Assembly (NCBI GenBank): GCA_036007245.1
Contig: DASYOY010000118.1
Span: 1-62,804 of the forward strand
Length of the DNA: 62,804 bases
Source of the DNA: Actinomycetota bacterium
GTDB lineage: Bacteria; Actinomycetota; UBA4738; HRBIN12
Direction of reading: 5' to 3'
The translations under genes were made by a program, and so were the position numbers. Within the stretch, counting starts at the first letter, position 1, and each line of letters begins with the position of its first letter. The notes under the pieces were generated by a model. That model saw only the letters and a program-made list of their open reading frames with translations, did not search any database and was not told where the DNA came from. Below are positions 17,041 to 27,567 of the stretch, piece after piece.

Positions 17041-20000
17041 TCAAGGCGTTGCAATCACCCGAAGGTCAGCGATCAGCTCGGGTTCGGCCAAGGCCTGCCG
17101 CCATTCGTTGCGCTCCAACGTTTCCCGGGCCTCTTCGATCGCCCGTTCGCCGCCGGCGGCCTCGGGGCCGAACAGCGAGCCCGTCCACCACACCGCGGCG
17201 GCCCGGCGGTTGGGCTGCTGGCGCTCCCCCGTTTCGGCCGCAAGCAGTGCGAGGGAACGACTCCGGGCGCCCGGGCGGTCGCCCTCGGCGAGGTCGGTGA
17301 CCGCTTCGGCATAGAGGAGGGCCGTGGATCCCCCCTGCTCACTCTCGGCCGTGCGAGCGATCGGGTCGGCTAGGACAGAGCGCGCTCCGGCCACGTCGCC
17401 TTGCATCGCGAGGGTCCGGGCGAGCTCGGACGCCGTCCAGGTGACCAGGGCGCGCTCGTTGAGATCTCGGCACAGGACGAACGCCTCGCGCAGATCGAGC
17501 TCCGCGGCGTCGAGCCGGCCGGCCACCCGGTGGGCGGTGCCTCGGTCACCCAGGACGCTCGCGAGCTCCCACCGGGCGCCGAGCTCGCGAAAGATCCGGA
17601 CCGCGGTGTCGGCGTGCGAGATCGCGTCGTCGAGTTCGAGCATCCGGCACGACGCCGCGCTCACCAGCTGATGCGCGATCGCAGCGGAGAACTGCTGTCC
17701 GCTCGCCTCGGCGGTGCTCAGCGCGGTGTTGGCGATCTTGAGCACGTCGGCCTCGCTCCCCCGCGGCGACGTGACACCGGCCAGGCCGACGAGCGCGCGC
17801 ACCTCGGCCCAGGCGTCGGTCGTCTCGCCGGACCGCGAGACGTCGAGCGCCTCTTGGAACAGCGCCTCGGCGTCGTCGAGCCGGTCGCGCCAGTACGGCA
17901 CCCAGCCCGCCATCAGCAACGTGCGCGCGAGCACCCGCGGGTCGCCGAGCCGGCGCGCGGCGGCGAGCGACCGTTCGAACAACCCGGCGGCGAGCGCGTC
18001 GTCGCCGCGGATCGTCAGCGTGATGTCGGCGAGGAAGCGCGCGGCGTGGGCCGTGACACGATCGTCGCCCTCGGCAAGCGCCATGGCCTTCCGGAACCGC
18101 GCCTCCGCCTCGTCGAAGTCGCCGAGCCAATACCGCGCCTCGCCGAGCATGCTCACGATCCACGACTCGCGGACGCCCCAGCCGCTCTCAGGTCCGGCCA
18201 GCGCGAGGGCGCGCTCGTACAGATCGACGGCGGCGCGGGATTCGATCCGCCGGCGGGCGGCGTCGCCGGCCCGCGTCAACGCATCGACCGCGCGGTCCGG
18301 GATCGAGCGGTCGTCGGGACTGAGGTCGAGCGAGGCGCGCGCTGCGAGCTCGAGATGGAACGCGATCGTGCGCGGATATCGCTCCATGAGCTCCGGCTCC
18401 GACAACCGGTCGGCGACCCGCAGATGGAGGCGCCGCCGTTCGCGCTTGGCGAGCGCGTCGTACGCGACGTCACGGAGCACGTCGCTGCGGAACCGCCACA
18501 CCCCGGGGTGCTCCTCGTCGGGCAGCAACAGCTCCTGGTTCTCGGCCTCGGCGAGCAGTTCCGGCGTGGGCTCGGCGATCAACGACAGCTCGTCGATGTC
18601 GAACCGGCCGCGCGGGAACACCGACGCCCGCCGGACAAGCTCGCGCGCGGGTGACGACAGCTGATCGATGCGGGCGGCGACCACCGCCTGGACGGTCGCC
18701 GGCAGCGCGACGCCCGCGGCGTCGCCGAACCCGGTGTGCGGCGTGGTGCCGTCCTCGTGATGCAGCATCCCGGTGATCTCGATGATGAACAGCGGGTTCC
18801 CGCCGGCGTGCGCGGCCACCCGCTCGGCGTCGGCGCGATCCAAGCCCCCGGCATCCATCGCCAGGCGTGTCGCGTGATCCGGCGAGAGCTGCTCGACCCA
18901 GAGCGTCACCGCGTCCGGCAGCCCGCCCGCCCAGTTCGGCCGGTCCTCGAGGAAGTCCCACCGTGCGACGCACAGGACCACAAGCGGGACCTTGCGCGCC
19001 TCCTTCACGAGCTGCTCGATCAGGTCGAGCAAGAGCGGATCGGCCTGATGGAGGTCCTCGAACACGAGCACGACCGGGCCGCTGCGCGCGAGCCCGGTGA
19101 GCATCGCGAGCACCCCTTGGCGGACCTCGGCGAGCTGGTAGCGGCTGTCGTCCTCTCCGTCGACGTGCAGCCCGAGCGCGAGGCCCAGCCGGTGCGCCGC
19201 GGTTTCCACCTCGCTCGAGTCGACCCACTCCGAGACCGCGGCTCGCAGGCGCTCCTCGATGTCGGTCGCGGGCGCCGTCTCGTCGTCGCCCAGCTGGCGG
19301 TGGAGCATCTGCGCGACGGGCCAGAACTCCACGTCTTCCTCGAACGGGCTCGAACGGCCGGCCAGCACCTTCGTGCCCTCGGGAAGCCCGGCGAGGAACT
19401 CCGCGACCACACGCGATTTCCCGATCCCGGGCTCCCCGAGCAGCGTCACGAGGTGCGCCCGCTCGCGCGAGGCGGCGCGGTCGAACACGTCGTTCAACAG
19501 CGACAGCTCGCGCCGCCGGTTCACGAACGCGATCCGCCGCCGGTCGACGATCCGCTGGCGCAAGCCGACCACCGGCCACGCGGTGATCGCGCGCTCGAAC
19601 CCTTTGGCCTCGATCGTGCGCGACTCGCCGAAGTCGACCGCGTCGCGCGCGAGCTGCATCGTCGAGGAGCCCGCCAGGATCTCGCCCGGCGCCGCGGCCT
19701 GCTGCAGGCGCGCGCCCAGATTCACCTCCGCGCCGATCACGATCGTACGGTCCTCGGCGGTGCCGACCGCAACCTGGCCGGTCCGCACCCCGATCCGCAC
19801 CTCCAGCGGCATCCGCAGGCCGAGGTCCTCGCAGAGATCTCGCGCACGGTCGCGGATGTCGAGCGCCGCACGGATCGCCCGCACCGCGTCATCGTCCCGA
19901 CCCGACGGGATGCCGAACACCACCAGCACGGCGTCGCCGATGAAGCGCTCCGCGACCCCGCCGTACCACGCGGCCTCTTCGGCCACCATCCCGTGGAACG

Positions 20001-20196
20001 CCGCCAAGATCTCGCGGAACCGCTCGGGGTCGACCTGCGATGCGAGCTCGGTCGAACCCGTCATGTCGACGAAGACCACCGACACGAGCCGGCGCTCCGA
20101 CGCCGCAGGCACGGAGACCGGCGCGCCGCAGTTCGGGCAGAAGTTGGCGCCGGGCGGCAGGGGCCGCCCGCACCGCGGGCACGGCTCAGTGGCCAC
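17041..20196 (-). CDS. zinc-ribbon / class III adenylate-guanylate cyclase / STAND ATPase / TPR multidomain regulator
   Basis: The start is taken as GTG 20196 (VATEPCPRCGRPLPPGANFCPNCGAPV). The cyclase core has VVFVDMTGST, RFIGDAVLVVFG and GAEVNLGARLQ. P-loop LLGEPGIGKSRV and Walker B VLVFEDLHQAD follow, then a C-terminal TPR-like region of about 450 aa. No LuxR HTH is present. The track ORF's extra 55 N-terminal residues overlap the VOC gene and were rejected. Confidence 0.85.
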   Translation of the reverse strand: MATEPCPRCGRPLPPGANFCPNCGAPVSVPAASERRLVSVVFVDMTGSTELASQVDPERFREILAAFHGMVAEEAAWYGGVAERFIGDAVLVVFGIPSGRDDDAVRAIRAALDIRDRARDLCEDLGLRMPLEVRIGVRTGQVAVGTAEDRTIVIGAEVNLGARLQQAAAPGEILAGSSTMQLARDAVDFGESRTIEAKGFERAITAWPVVGLRQRIVDRRRIAFVNRRRELSLLNDVFDRAASRERAHLVTLLGEPGIGKSRVVAEFLAGLPEGTKVLAGRSSPFEEDVEFWPVAQMLHRQLGDDETAPATDIEERLRAAVSEWVDSSEVETAAHRLGLALGLHVDGEDDSRYQLAEVRQGVLAMLTGLARSGPVVLVFEDLHQADPLLLDLIEQLVKEARKVPLVVLCVARWDFLEDRPNWAGGLPDAVTLWVEQLSPDHATRLAMDAGGLDRADAERVAAHAGGNPLFIIEITGMLHHEDGTTPHTGFGDAAGVALPATVQAVVAARIDQLSSPARELVRRASVFPRGRFDIDELSLIAEPTPELLAEAENQELLLPDEEHPGVWRFRSDVLRDVAYDALAKRERRRLHLRVADRLSEPELMERYPRTIAFHLELAARASLDLSPDDRSIPDRAVDALTRAGDAARRRIESRAAVDLYERALALAGPESGWGVRESWIVSMLGEARYWLGDFDEAEARFRKAMALAEGDDRVTAHAARFLADITLTIRGDDALAAGLFERSLAAARRLGDPRVLARTLLMAGWVPYWRDRLDDAEALFQEALDVSRSGETTDAWAEVRALVGLAGVTSPRGSEADVLKIANTALSTAEASGQQFSAAIAHQLVSAASCRMLELDDAISHADTAVRIFRELGARWELASVLGDRGTAHRVAGRLDAAELDLREAFVLCRDLNERALVTWTASELARTLAMQGDVAGARSVLADPIARTAESEQGGSTALLYAEAVTDLAEGDRPGARSRSLALLAAETGERQQPNRRAAAVWWTGSLFGPEAAGGERAIEEARETLERNEWRQALAEPELIADLRVIATP

Positions 20197-20533
20197 CGGC
20201 GTACTCGATGATCTGCACGGGGTTGCCGTCGGGATCGCGGAAAGTCGCGAACCGTGCGTACCCCTCGACCTCGCCCACGTAGGCGTCGAAGACCGCGCCC
20301 CGCTGCTCGAGGGTCCAGCGCGTCTGGTCGAGGTCGTCGACCCGCAACACCACCGTGCCACTGGCAGGTGGCTCCTCGTCGGTCCCGTGCAGCGCGATCC
20401 GCACCGGCCCGCCGTCGAGCTCCGCCCACTCGTCGCCGTCGCGACGCAGCAGCTCCAGCCCGACGACGTCGGTGTAGAACGCGAGCGCGCGGCCCATGTC
20501 GCGGGTCCAGTAGTAGACGTGGTCGACGATCAC
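20186..20533 (-). CDS. VOC/glyoxalase family protein
   Basis: 115 aa with VDHVYYWTRDMGRALAFY..LGLE and FRDPDGNPVQIIE blocks. Confidence 0.8.
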   Translation of the reverse strand: MIVDHVYYWTRDMGRALAFYTDVVGLELLRRDGDEWAELDGGPVRIALHGTDEEPPASGTVVLRVDDLDQTRWTLEQRGAVFDAYVGEVEGYARFATFRDPDGNPVQIIEYAGGH

Positions 20534-20558
20534 GCCCCGATGCTACCGGGGAGGACCG

Positions 20559-21203
20559 TCAGCTCTGCCCGAGGATCTTGGCCTTCTGGGCCTGGAACTC
20601 GTCCTCGGTGAGGACGCCGTCGGCGCGCAGCTTGGCCAGCCGTTCGAGCTCGGTCGTCGCGCTCGGCGCGGCCGGCGGGATCGCCGGTGCGGGCGGCGGC
20701 GGCGTCACGGCCTGGTCGCCCTGATACATCCGTTTCTTGTTGAGCTCGCCCTGGTGATAGATCGTCTTCTGCACCTCTTCGGGATGACGGATGTCATCGA
20801 ACGAGCTGGTCCCGAAGTCCGCCGCGGATGAGATCCGAAGCGTCCCCGCCCCGACGATCCGGTCGATGATGCCCGACTCGAAGCGCACGTCGTTGATCGC
20901 CTCGAGCGGGATCTCCATCGAGCGCTTCGCGATCCAGCCCTGGCGATGGATCACCCGCTCGCTCGTGACCACGAAGTTCGACGTCAGCCACCACGTCATG
21001 CGAGGGATCGGGTACAGGAGCATCGCGACGATCCAGATCGCCGGCCAGAGCCACCAGGGACCACCGAGCCAGCTCGTCAGGAATCCGACCGCGACCGTGA
21101 GCACGATCGTGTAGAGGGCGGGAAGCGCGAGCGCGATCGGGTGCGGCCGAAGGTCGAGAACCAGGTTCTCGCCCTCGATCAACAGGCGTCGCGGGAACGG
21201 CAT
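20559..21203 (-). CDS. membrane bPH_2 (YdbT-like PH) domain protein with C-terminal SHOCT domain
   Basis: Two TM helices are followed by VTSERVIHRQGWIAKRSMEIPLEAINDVRFESGIIDRIVGAGTLRISS. A Pro/Ala linker leads to LERLAKLRADGVLTEDEFQAQKAKILG (SHOCT). Confidence 0.8.
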   Translation of the reverse strand: MPFPRRLLIEGENLVLDLRPHPIALALPALYTIVLTVAVGFLTSWLGGPWWLWPAIWIVAMLLYPIPRMTWWLTSNFVVTSERVIHRQGWIAKRSMEIPLEAINDVRFESGIIDRIVGAGTLRISSAADFGTSSFDDIRHPEEVQKTIYHQGELNKKRMYQGDQAVTPPPPAPAIPPAAPSATTELERLAKLRADGVLTEDEFQAQKAKILGQS

Positions 21204-21243
21204 GGCCGGACGCTACCGCGGGACCCAGGGCCCGGCAATCCGG

Positions 21244-22026
21244 TCAGGCCGAGGGACGGAGGTACTCGACGTCGCCGAACGCGACGCGCGACTCGCCGGT
21301 GTCGGTGGACAGCTGGAGCGAACCGAAGTCGTCGATGCCGACGGCGCGGCCCGTCGTCTCCTTGCCGTCGAGCGTCCGCGCGCGCACCACCTGGCCGATC
21401 GTCGAGGACACCGGCAGCCATTCGTGGCGAACGCGCTCGGGCAGCGATGCGTCGGCCGCCCGATATACCGCGGAGAACCGCTTGAGGAACGCGATCAGCA
21501 GCTCGCGCTGACCGGTGCGGTCCCCGAGCGCCCCCGCGCCCTCGATCTCCTTCGGCGCCTCGAGGTTGACCCCGACGCCGACGACGATGTACCGCAGGTC
21601 GCCGTCCTCGACGCCCGATTCCAGCAAGATCCCGCCGACCTTCGCCCCGTCGAGCAGGATGTCGTTCGGCCACTTGCACGAGACCCTGCGGCCGGTCACG
21701 TCGCGGATCGCGTCGGCCATGCACGCCCCCGCGAGCAACGACAGGAGCCCCGCGCGGGCCGGCGGCAGCGACGGACGGAGCACCAGCGAGAACAGGAGCG
21801 CTCGGTCGGGCACGTCGGTCCAGGAGCGGCCGACGCGGCCGTGGCCTTCGGTCTGGTGCGCAGCCGATACCAGCGTCCACTCGGGGCTGTCCTCGCCGGC
21901 CAGGGCAACCGCCAGCGCGTTGGTCGACCCGGTAACCTCCTCCGCACGCACGGGGGCGTCGATCGGGATCGCTCTCAAGGCAGCCCGCAGGTCGTCGTCG
22001 GTCAGCACGTGGTCACCGAGTGGCAT
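21244..22026 (-). CDS. birA: biotin--[acetyl-CoA-carboxylase] ligase
   Basis: 260 aa with QTEGHGRVGRSW, KWPNDILLDGAKVGGILLE and VVGVGVN. It is divergent from accA. Confidence 0.88.
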   Translation of the reverse strand: MPLGDHVLTDDDLRAALRAIPIDAPVRAEEVTGSTNALAVALAGEDSPEWTLVSAAHQTEGHGRVGRSWTDVPDRALLFSLVLRPSLPPARAGLLSLLAGACMADAIRDVTGRRVSCKWPNDILLDGAKVGGILLESGVEDGDLRYIVVGVGVNLEAPKEIEGAGALGDRTGQRELLIAFLKRFSAVYRAADASLPERVRHEWLPVSSTIGQVVRARTLDGKETTGRAVGIDDFGSLQLSTDTGESRVAFGDVEYLRPSA

Positions 22027-22055
22027 CGGACGCTCATGGAAGGCACGATACGCGA

Positions 22056-23780
22056 GTGACGAAGCAGAAGCTCCTGATCGCGAACCGCGGGGAGATCGCC
22101 GTCCGGATCATCCGCACATGCCGCGAGATGGGCATCACGTCCGTCGCGATCTACTCCGACGCCGACCGGGACGCCCTGCACGTCGAGCTCGCCGATGAGT
22201 CCTACCGGGTCGGACCTGCGCTCGCGAGCGACTCGTACCTGTCGATCGGCGCGATCCTCGAGGCCGCGCGCAAGTCGAAGACGACGCTCGTGCACCCGGG
22301 GTACGGGTTCCTTGCCGAGCGGGCGCACTTCGCACAGGCGGTCGACGAGGCCGGGTTCACGTTCGTCGGTCCCTCCGCCACCGCGATCGAGCAGATGGGC
22401 GACAAGGCGGCGGCGCGTCGGATCGCCGACGCCGCGGGCATGCCGATCGTCCCCGGCACGCGCGAGCCCGTCGACATCGACGCCGCGAAGAAGGAGGCGC
22501 CGCGCGTCGGGTATCCGTTGCTCGTCAAAGCCGCGTTCGGCGGCGGCGGCAAGGGCATGCACGTCGTACGGGACGCCAAGCATCTCGAGGATTCGCTGAA
22601 GCGCGCGGCCCGTGAGGCGCAGTCCTACTTCGGCCGGCCCGAGGTCTTCCTCGAGCGATACGTCGACCGTGCGCACCACATCGAGGCGCAGGTGATCGCC
22701 GACACGCACGGCGAGGTCGTGTTCCTCGGTGAGCGCGATTGCTCCGTGCAACGGCGCCATCAGAAGCTGATCGAGGAAACGCCGTCGCCGTTGGTGGACG
22801 ACGCGCTCCGCGAACGGTTCGCAGAGGCCGCGACGTCGCTCGTCCGCGAGGCGAACTACGTGAACGCCGGCACGATCGAATGCATCCTGGACGAAGAAGG
22901 CTCCTTCTATTTCCTGGAGATGAACACGCGGCTCCAGGTGGAGCACACCGTCACCGAGATGGTGACCGGCCTCGACATCGTCGCGCTGCAGATCGACGTC
23001 GCGCTGGGCGGGTCCCTGGCCGGGCTCGAGGTCGCGCCTCGTGGGCACGCGATCCAGTGCCGGATCAACGCCGAGGACCCCGGCCGGAACTTCCTGCCCG
23101 GCCCCGGCCGGATCACGCGCTACGTCGAGCCGGGCGGCCCGTTCGTGCGGGTTGACTCCGGCGTGACCGAGAGCCGCGAGATCCCGGGCGATTACGACTC
23201 GATGTTCGCGAAGCTGATCGTGGCCGGAGCCGACCGCGAGCAGGCGCGTCACCGCATGCTCCGTGCCCTCGGCGAGTACATGGTGGAAGGCGTCCCGACG
23301 ACGATCCCGGTGCACCAGTGGATCCTCGAGACCGAGGCGTTCCGCGATTCGACGCACACGACGACCTGGCTCGAGAAGGCGCTGGCCGATGCGCACCTGC
23401 CGGCCCAGGGCGACCTGTCGCAGGGCGGCAGCGGGCGCGCGACGCGTCCGCAGGACATCTTGGTCGAGGTCGACGGCCGCCGGATCCCGGTGCGGATCTT
23501 CGACGAGCGGCGCGAGGCCGCCCCGAAGGCGCCCGCGGGTCACGGCGGGCACGGCGGCGAGCACGTCCACGGCGAGATCCGCGCGCCGATGCAGGGCACG
23601 ATCGTGAAGGTCCTCGTCGAGAAGGGCCAGGCGATCCGCGCCGGCGAGGTCGTGTGCATCCTCGAAGCGATGAAGATGGAGAACCACATCGCCTCGACGC
23701 GCGAGGGCGAGATCACCGACCTGCCGATCCGGCCCGGCCAAGTGGTTGAGACCGGCGCGTTGCTCGCCGTGATCGACTAG
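22056..23780 (+). CDS. accA: acetyl/propionyl-CoA carboxylase alpha subunit (biotin carboxylase + BCCP)
   Basis: KLLIANRGEIAVRIIRTCREMG, the ATP-grasp blocks, and a C-terminal biotinyl motif EAMKMEN. The start is taken as GTG 22056 (VTKQKLLIANRGE). The track start at 22020 would overlap the birA start. Confidence 0.92.
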   Translation: MTKQKLLIANRGEIAVRIIRTCREMGITSVAIYSDADRDALHVELADESYRVGPALASDSYLSIGAILEAARKSKTTLVHPGYGFLAERAHFAQAVDEAGFTFVGPSATAIEQMGDKAAARRIADAAGMPIVPGTREPVDIDAAKKEAPRVGYPLLVKAAFGGGGKGMHVVRDAKHLEDSLKRAAREAQSYFGRPEVFLERYVDRAHHIEAQVIADTHGEVVFLGERDCSVQRRHQKLIEETPSPLVDDALRERFAEAATSLVREANYVNAGTIECILDEEGSFYFLEMNTRLQVEHTVTEMVTGLDIVALQIDVALGGSLAGLEVAPRGHAIQCRINAEDPGRNFLPGPGRITRYVEPGGPFVRVDSGVTESREIPGDYDSMFAKLIVAGADREQARHRMLRALGEYMVEGVPTTIPVHQWILETEAFRDSTHTTTWLEKALADAHLPAQGDLSQGGSGRATRPQDILVEVDGRRIPVRIFDERREAAPKAPAGHGGHGGEHVHGEIRAPMQGTIVKVLVEKGQAIRAGEVVCILEAMKMENHIASTREGEITDLPIRPGQVVETGALLAVID

Positions 23781-24237
23781 GGATCCGCGGTCGGACCGGC
23801 CGGATCACTCGGGCTGCCTGCGAAGACCTCGGCGCCCACTTGCTGCATCAAGCCAAGGTCATCGCGATGGTTCCACAGTTCGACCACGAGGCCACCTGCG
23901 AAGCGGAAGATGTTCACGCCGCTGAACGTCGCGCGCTTCCCGGTCGGCACCACGTCGCCCCACGTACCGGTAACGTCCCGGTCGAGGTCCAGCGAGCCGC
24001 CACGAAGTCATCCTCCGCGAGCAACACGTCGACCTCCATCTGCAGATCCGGGAACGCCTCCCGGAACGCTCGCGCGATGGAGGCCATCCCCACTCCGCCC
24101 CCGGCCGCCTTGGTCGGCCTGAGGTCGTGCCGGACGTAGTCATCAGCGAGGATCTCGCGCGCGACCTCGACGTCACCACCGTTCCACACCTCTTCATAGA
24201 ACCGCCGCACGATGGCCTTGTGCTCTTCGGTCGACAT
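23777..24237 (-). pseudogene. SnoaL-like ester cyclase, disrupted by a 1-nt frameshift near 23965-23975
   Basis: The N-terminal frame (track ORF 23914..24279, real ATG 24237) reads MSTEEHKAIVRRFYEEVWNGGD...FPDLQMEVDVLLAEDDFVAARWTSTGT, then nonsense and a stop. The family continues in another frame: TGTWGDVVPTGKRATFSGVNIFRFAGGLVVELWNHRDDLGLMQQVGA...*, stopping at 23779..23777. The span is 461 nt, which is 3n-1. Confidence 0.7.
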
Positions 24238-24287
24238 CCGCGCCCTCCGGGTTCCGCGAGAACCACCACGGTGGCACACTCCGACGG

Positions 24288-25052
24288 ATGGACGCCATCT
24301 TGCTCCCCGGCGGCATCCTGCCGGCCGAGCTCGCGTACGCCGACCTGCTCGCTCGATTCAGCGCTGACGTGAACGCACGCGCCAAGGAGCTCGAGGTGTA
24401 CGCGGCACCGGAGACGCCGCCGCCCGGGTACACGCTGGACACCGAGATCGATGGCATCGGATCCGTTGCCGACGAGGCGGGGTTCGGCCGGTTCCACCTC
24501 GTGGGGTACTCGGCCGGCGGGGCATCCGCGCTCGCGTTCGCGCTCGCGCACCCCGACCGACTCGTGAGCCTGACGCTTGCCGAGCCAGCCTGGGCCGGAA
24601 CCGAGGGCCGTAGCGCGGCGGAGGCGGATGCGACGCAGCGGCCCATCGATGCGCTCGACCTACCGCCTGAGGAGATGCTTCCGGCGTTCATGCGCGCCCA
24701 GCTCGAAGACGGCGTGGAGCTGCCGCCGACGCCCACCGGGCCGCAGCCCGCCTGGATGCGCTCGCGGCCGCCCGGCACCGCCGCGATCGCCGCGGCGTTC
24801 CAGGCTCCCCCGTACCCGTCCGAGGCGATGCGCACCTTCCTCCCGCCGGTGTTGTTCGTGGTGGGCGGGAGGAGCCGGCACGCGTACTACGGGTTGATGG
24901 CCGAGCGGCTCGGATCGTTGTTCCCAGACTTCTCGCTCGCGCTGTTCCCTGAACGGCATCACTTCGATCCGCCGCATCGCGCCGAGCCGGAGCGGTACGC
25001 GCACGTGCTCGAGGAGCATTGGCGACGGGCCGAGGCGCTGCCTCAACCCTGA
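24288..25052 (+). CDS. alpha/beta hydrolase
   Basis: 254 aa with the nucleophile elbow HLVGYSAGGASAL and a C-terminal His region (PERHHFDP). Confidence 0.75.
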   Translation: MDAILLPGGILPAELAYADLLARFSADVNARAKELEVYAAPETPPPGYTLDTEIDGIGSVADEAGFGRFHLVGYSAGGASALAFALAHPDRLVSLTLAEPAWAGTEGRSAAEADATQRPIDALDLPPEEMLPAFMRAQLEDGVELPPTPTGPQPAWMRSRPPGTAAIAAAFQAPPYPSEAMRTFLPPVLFVVGGRSRHAYYGLMAERLGSLFPDFSLALFPERHHFDPPHRAEPERYAHVLEEHWRRAEALPQP

Positions 25053-25735
25053 GCCGGCGAGCCCCACGGGTCGCGGCCGGTCATCCGGAACCCCGCGTCG
25101 TGGAGCTTGTAACGGATATTGACCGAGATGAGCAGCGGGGTCATCTGTTCGGCGATCCGCGCCATCTGCAACCCGCCGAGGTCGACCCATCGCATGCCGT
25201 CGATGTCGTCGGCGAGCGAGCCGATCGCCGCCTTCGCCTCGGCGTCCTCTCCCATCACGAACGTGTCCGAGTCGACGGATCTGTCGAGCGCACGCAGCAC
25301 ACCTGCGCTCACTGTGTGGAAGCCGGCCACGAGCCGGGTGCCGTGAGGCAAGAGAGTGCGGACGAACTCCGCCGCCGATCCGTGCCACGGATGGAGCGCG
25401 TGCGAGGGCCGGCCACCGACCGATGCCATGAGCGGACTGGTGCAATCGCACACCACAGTCTCGGGCGTGACCGACCCGGCGATCGACTCGTAGATCGCGG
25501 CCGCGCCCTCGAAGGGCACGGTCACGATCACGACGGGCGCGGCCGCGGCCGCCGCCGGGTTCTCCGCCCCTGAGACCTGGGCGTCAGCACCGAGGATGCC
25601 CCTCGCTTCCTCGGCCTTCGCGGCGGCGCGGCCGGCATCGCGGGAGCCGATCGTGATGTGGTGCCCCGCCTTGGCCAGGCGGAGCGTCAGGCCGAAGCCC
25701 TCCGCGCCGGTTCCGCCGATGATCGCGACGTCCAT
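25043..25735 (-). CDS. npdG: NADPH-dependent F420 reductase
   Basis: 230 aa with MDVAIIGGTGAEGFGLTLRLAKAGHHITIGSRD and the overall NpdG pattern. TAGGCT (25743..25748) lies 7 nt upstream of the ATG. Confidence 0.85.
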   Translation of the reverse strand: MDVAIIGGTGAEGFGLTLRLAKAGHHITIGSRDAGRAAAKAEEARGILGADAQVSGAENPAAAAAAPVVIVTVPFEGAAAIYESIAGSVTPETVVCDCTSPLMASVGGRPSHALHPWHGSAAEFVRTLLPHGTRLVAGFHTVSAGVLRALDRSVDSDTFVMGEDAEAKAAIGSLADDIDGMRWVDLGGLQMARIAEQMTPLLISVNIRYKLHDAGFRMTGRDPWGSPAQG

Positions 25736-25742
25736 GCGGGCG

Positions 25743-25748
25743 AGCCTA
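25743..25748 (-). promoter_or_regulatory. -10-like TAGGCT, leaderless-type (npdG)
   Basis: The minus strand reads TAGGCT-cgcccgc-ATG (7-nt spacer). It sits back to back with TAGCCT (25754..25759, plus strand), which lies 5 nt upstream of ATG 25765. Confidence 0.35.
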
Positions 25749-25764
25749 GCCGGTAGCCTCCGGC

Positions 25765-25935
25765 ATGGTGACCTCGGTGACGGCGGTGATCGAGCTGCTG
25801 GTCGGCACGGCGTGCATCGCGATCGCGCTGCCGTGCTGGCGCCAAGGGTCCACGGTGTTCCGCGTGATGGGCGCCGTGCTGGCCGTCGCCGGCGTCACCG
25901 CGGTGGTCAACGCTCTGGCGACATTGGTCCGCTGA
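25765..25935 (+). CDS. small two-helix membrane protein (56 aa; below ORF-track cutoff)
   Basis: Hand translation gives MVTSVTAVIELLVGTACIAIALPCWRQGSTVFRVMGAVLAVAGVTAVVNALATLVR*. Nearly all codons end in G/C. A TAGCCT box lies just upstream. Confidence 0.4.
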   Translation: MVTSVTAVIELLVGTACIAIALPCWRQGSTVFRVMGAVLAVAGVTAVVNALATLVR

Positions 25936-25939
25936 GGGC

Positions 25940-27517
<1,578 letters not shown>

Positions 27518-27523
27518 CGGTCG

Positions 27524-27529
27524 AGCCTA
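27524..27529 (-). promoter_or_regulatory. -10-like TAGGCT, leaderless-type (mutase large subunit)
   Basis: The minus strand reads TAGGCT-cgaccg-GTG (6-nt spacer). Confidence 0.35.
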
Positions 27530-27555
27530 CCGTTGGTCGTGCGCACCGACCCGAG

Positions 27556-27561
27556 TAGGGT
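27556..27561 (+). promoter_or_regulatory. -10-like TAGGGT, leaderless-type (O-methyltransferase)
   Basis: TAGGGT-gcgccc-ATG 27568 (6-nt spacer). Confidence 0.35.
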
Positions 27562-27567
27562 GCGCCC

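Noticed and set aside
20197-20361. 55-aa N-terminal extension of the cyclase ORF (track 17041..20361)
   Set aside because: It overlaps the VOC gene in another frame and reads as Ser/Thr/Arg-rich nonsense. The domain architecture begins at the zinc ribbon after GTG 20196.
27533-27549. GGTCG-TGCGCAC-CGACC / GTGCGCAC palindrome between the mutase and the O-methyltransferase
   Set aside because: The arms are short (5 bp) in very GC-rich DNA. The region is already explained by two back-to-back -10-like boxes. There is not enough evidence to call an operator.
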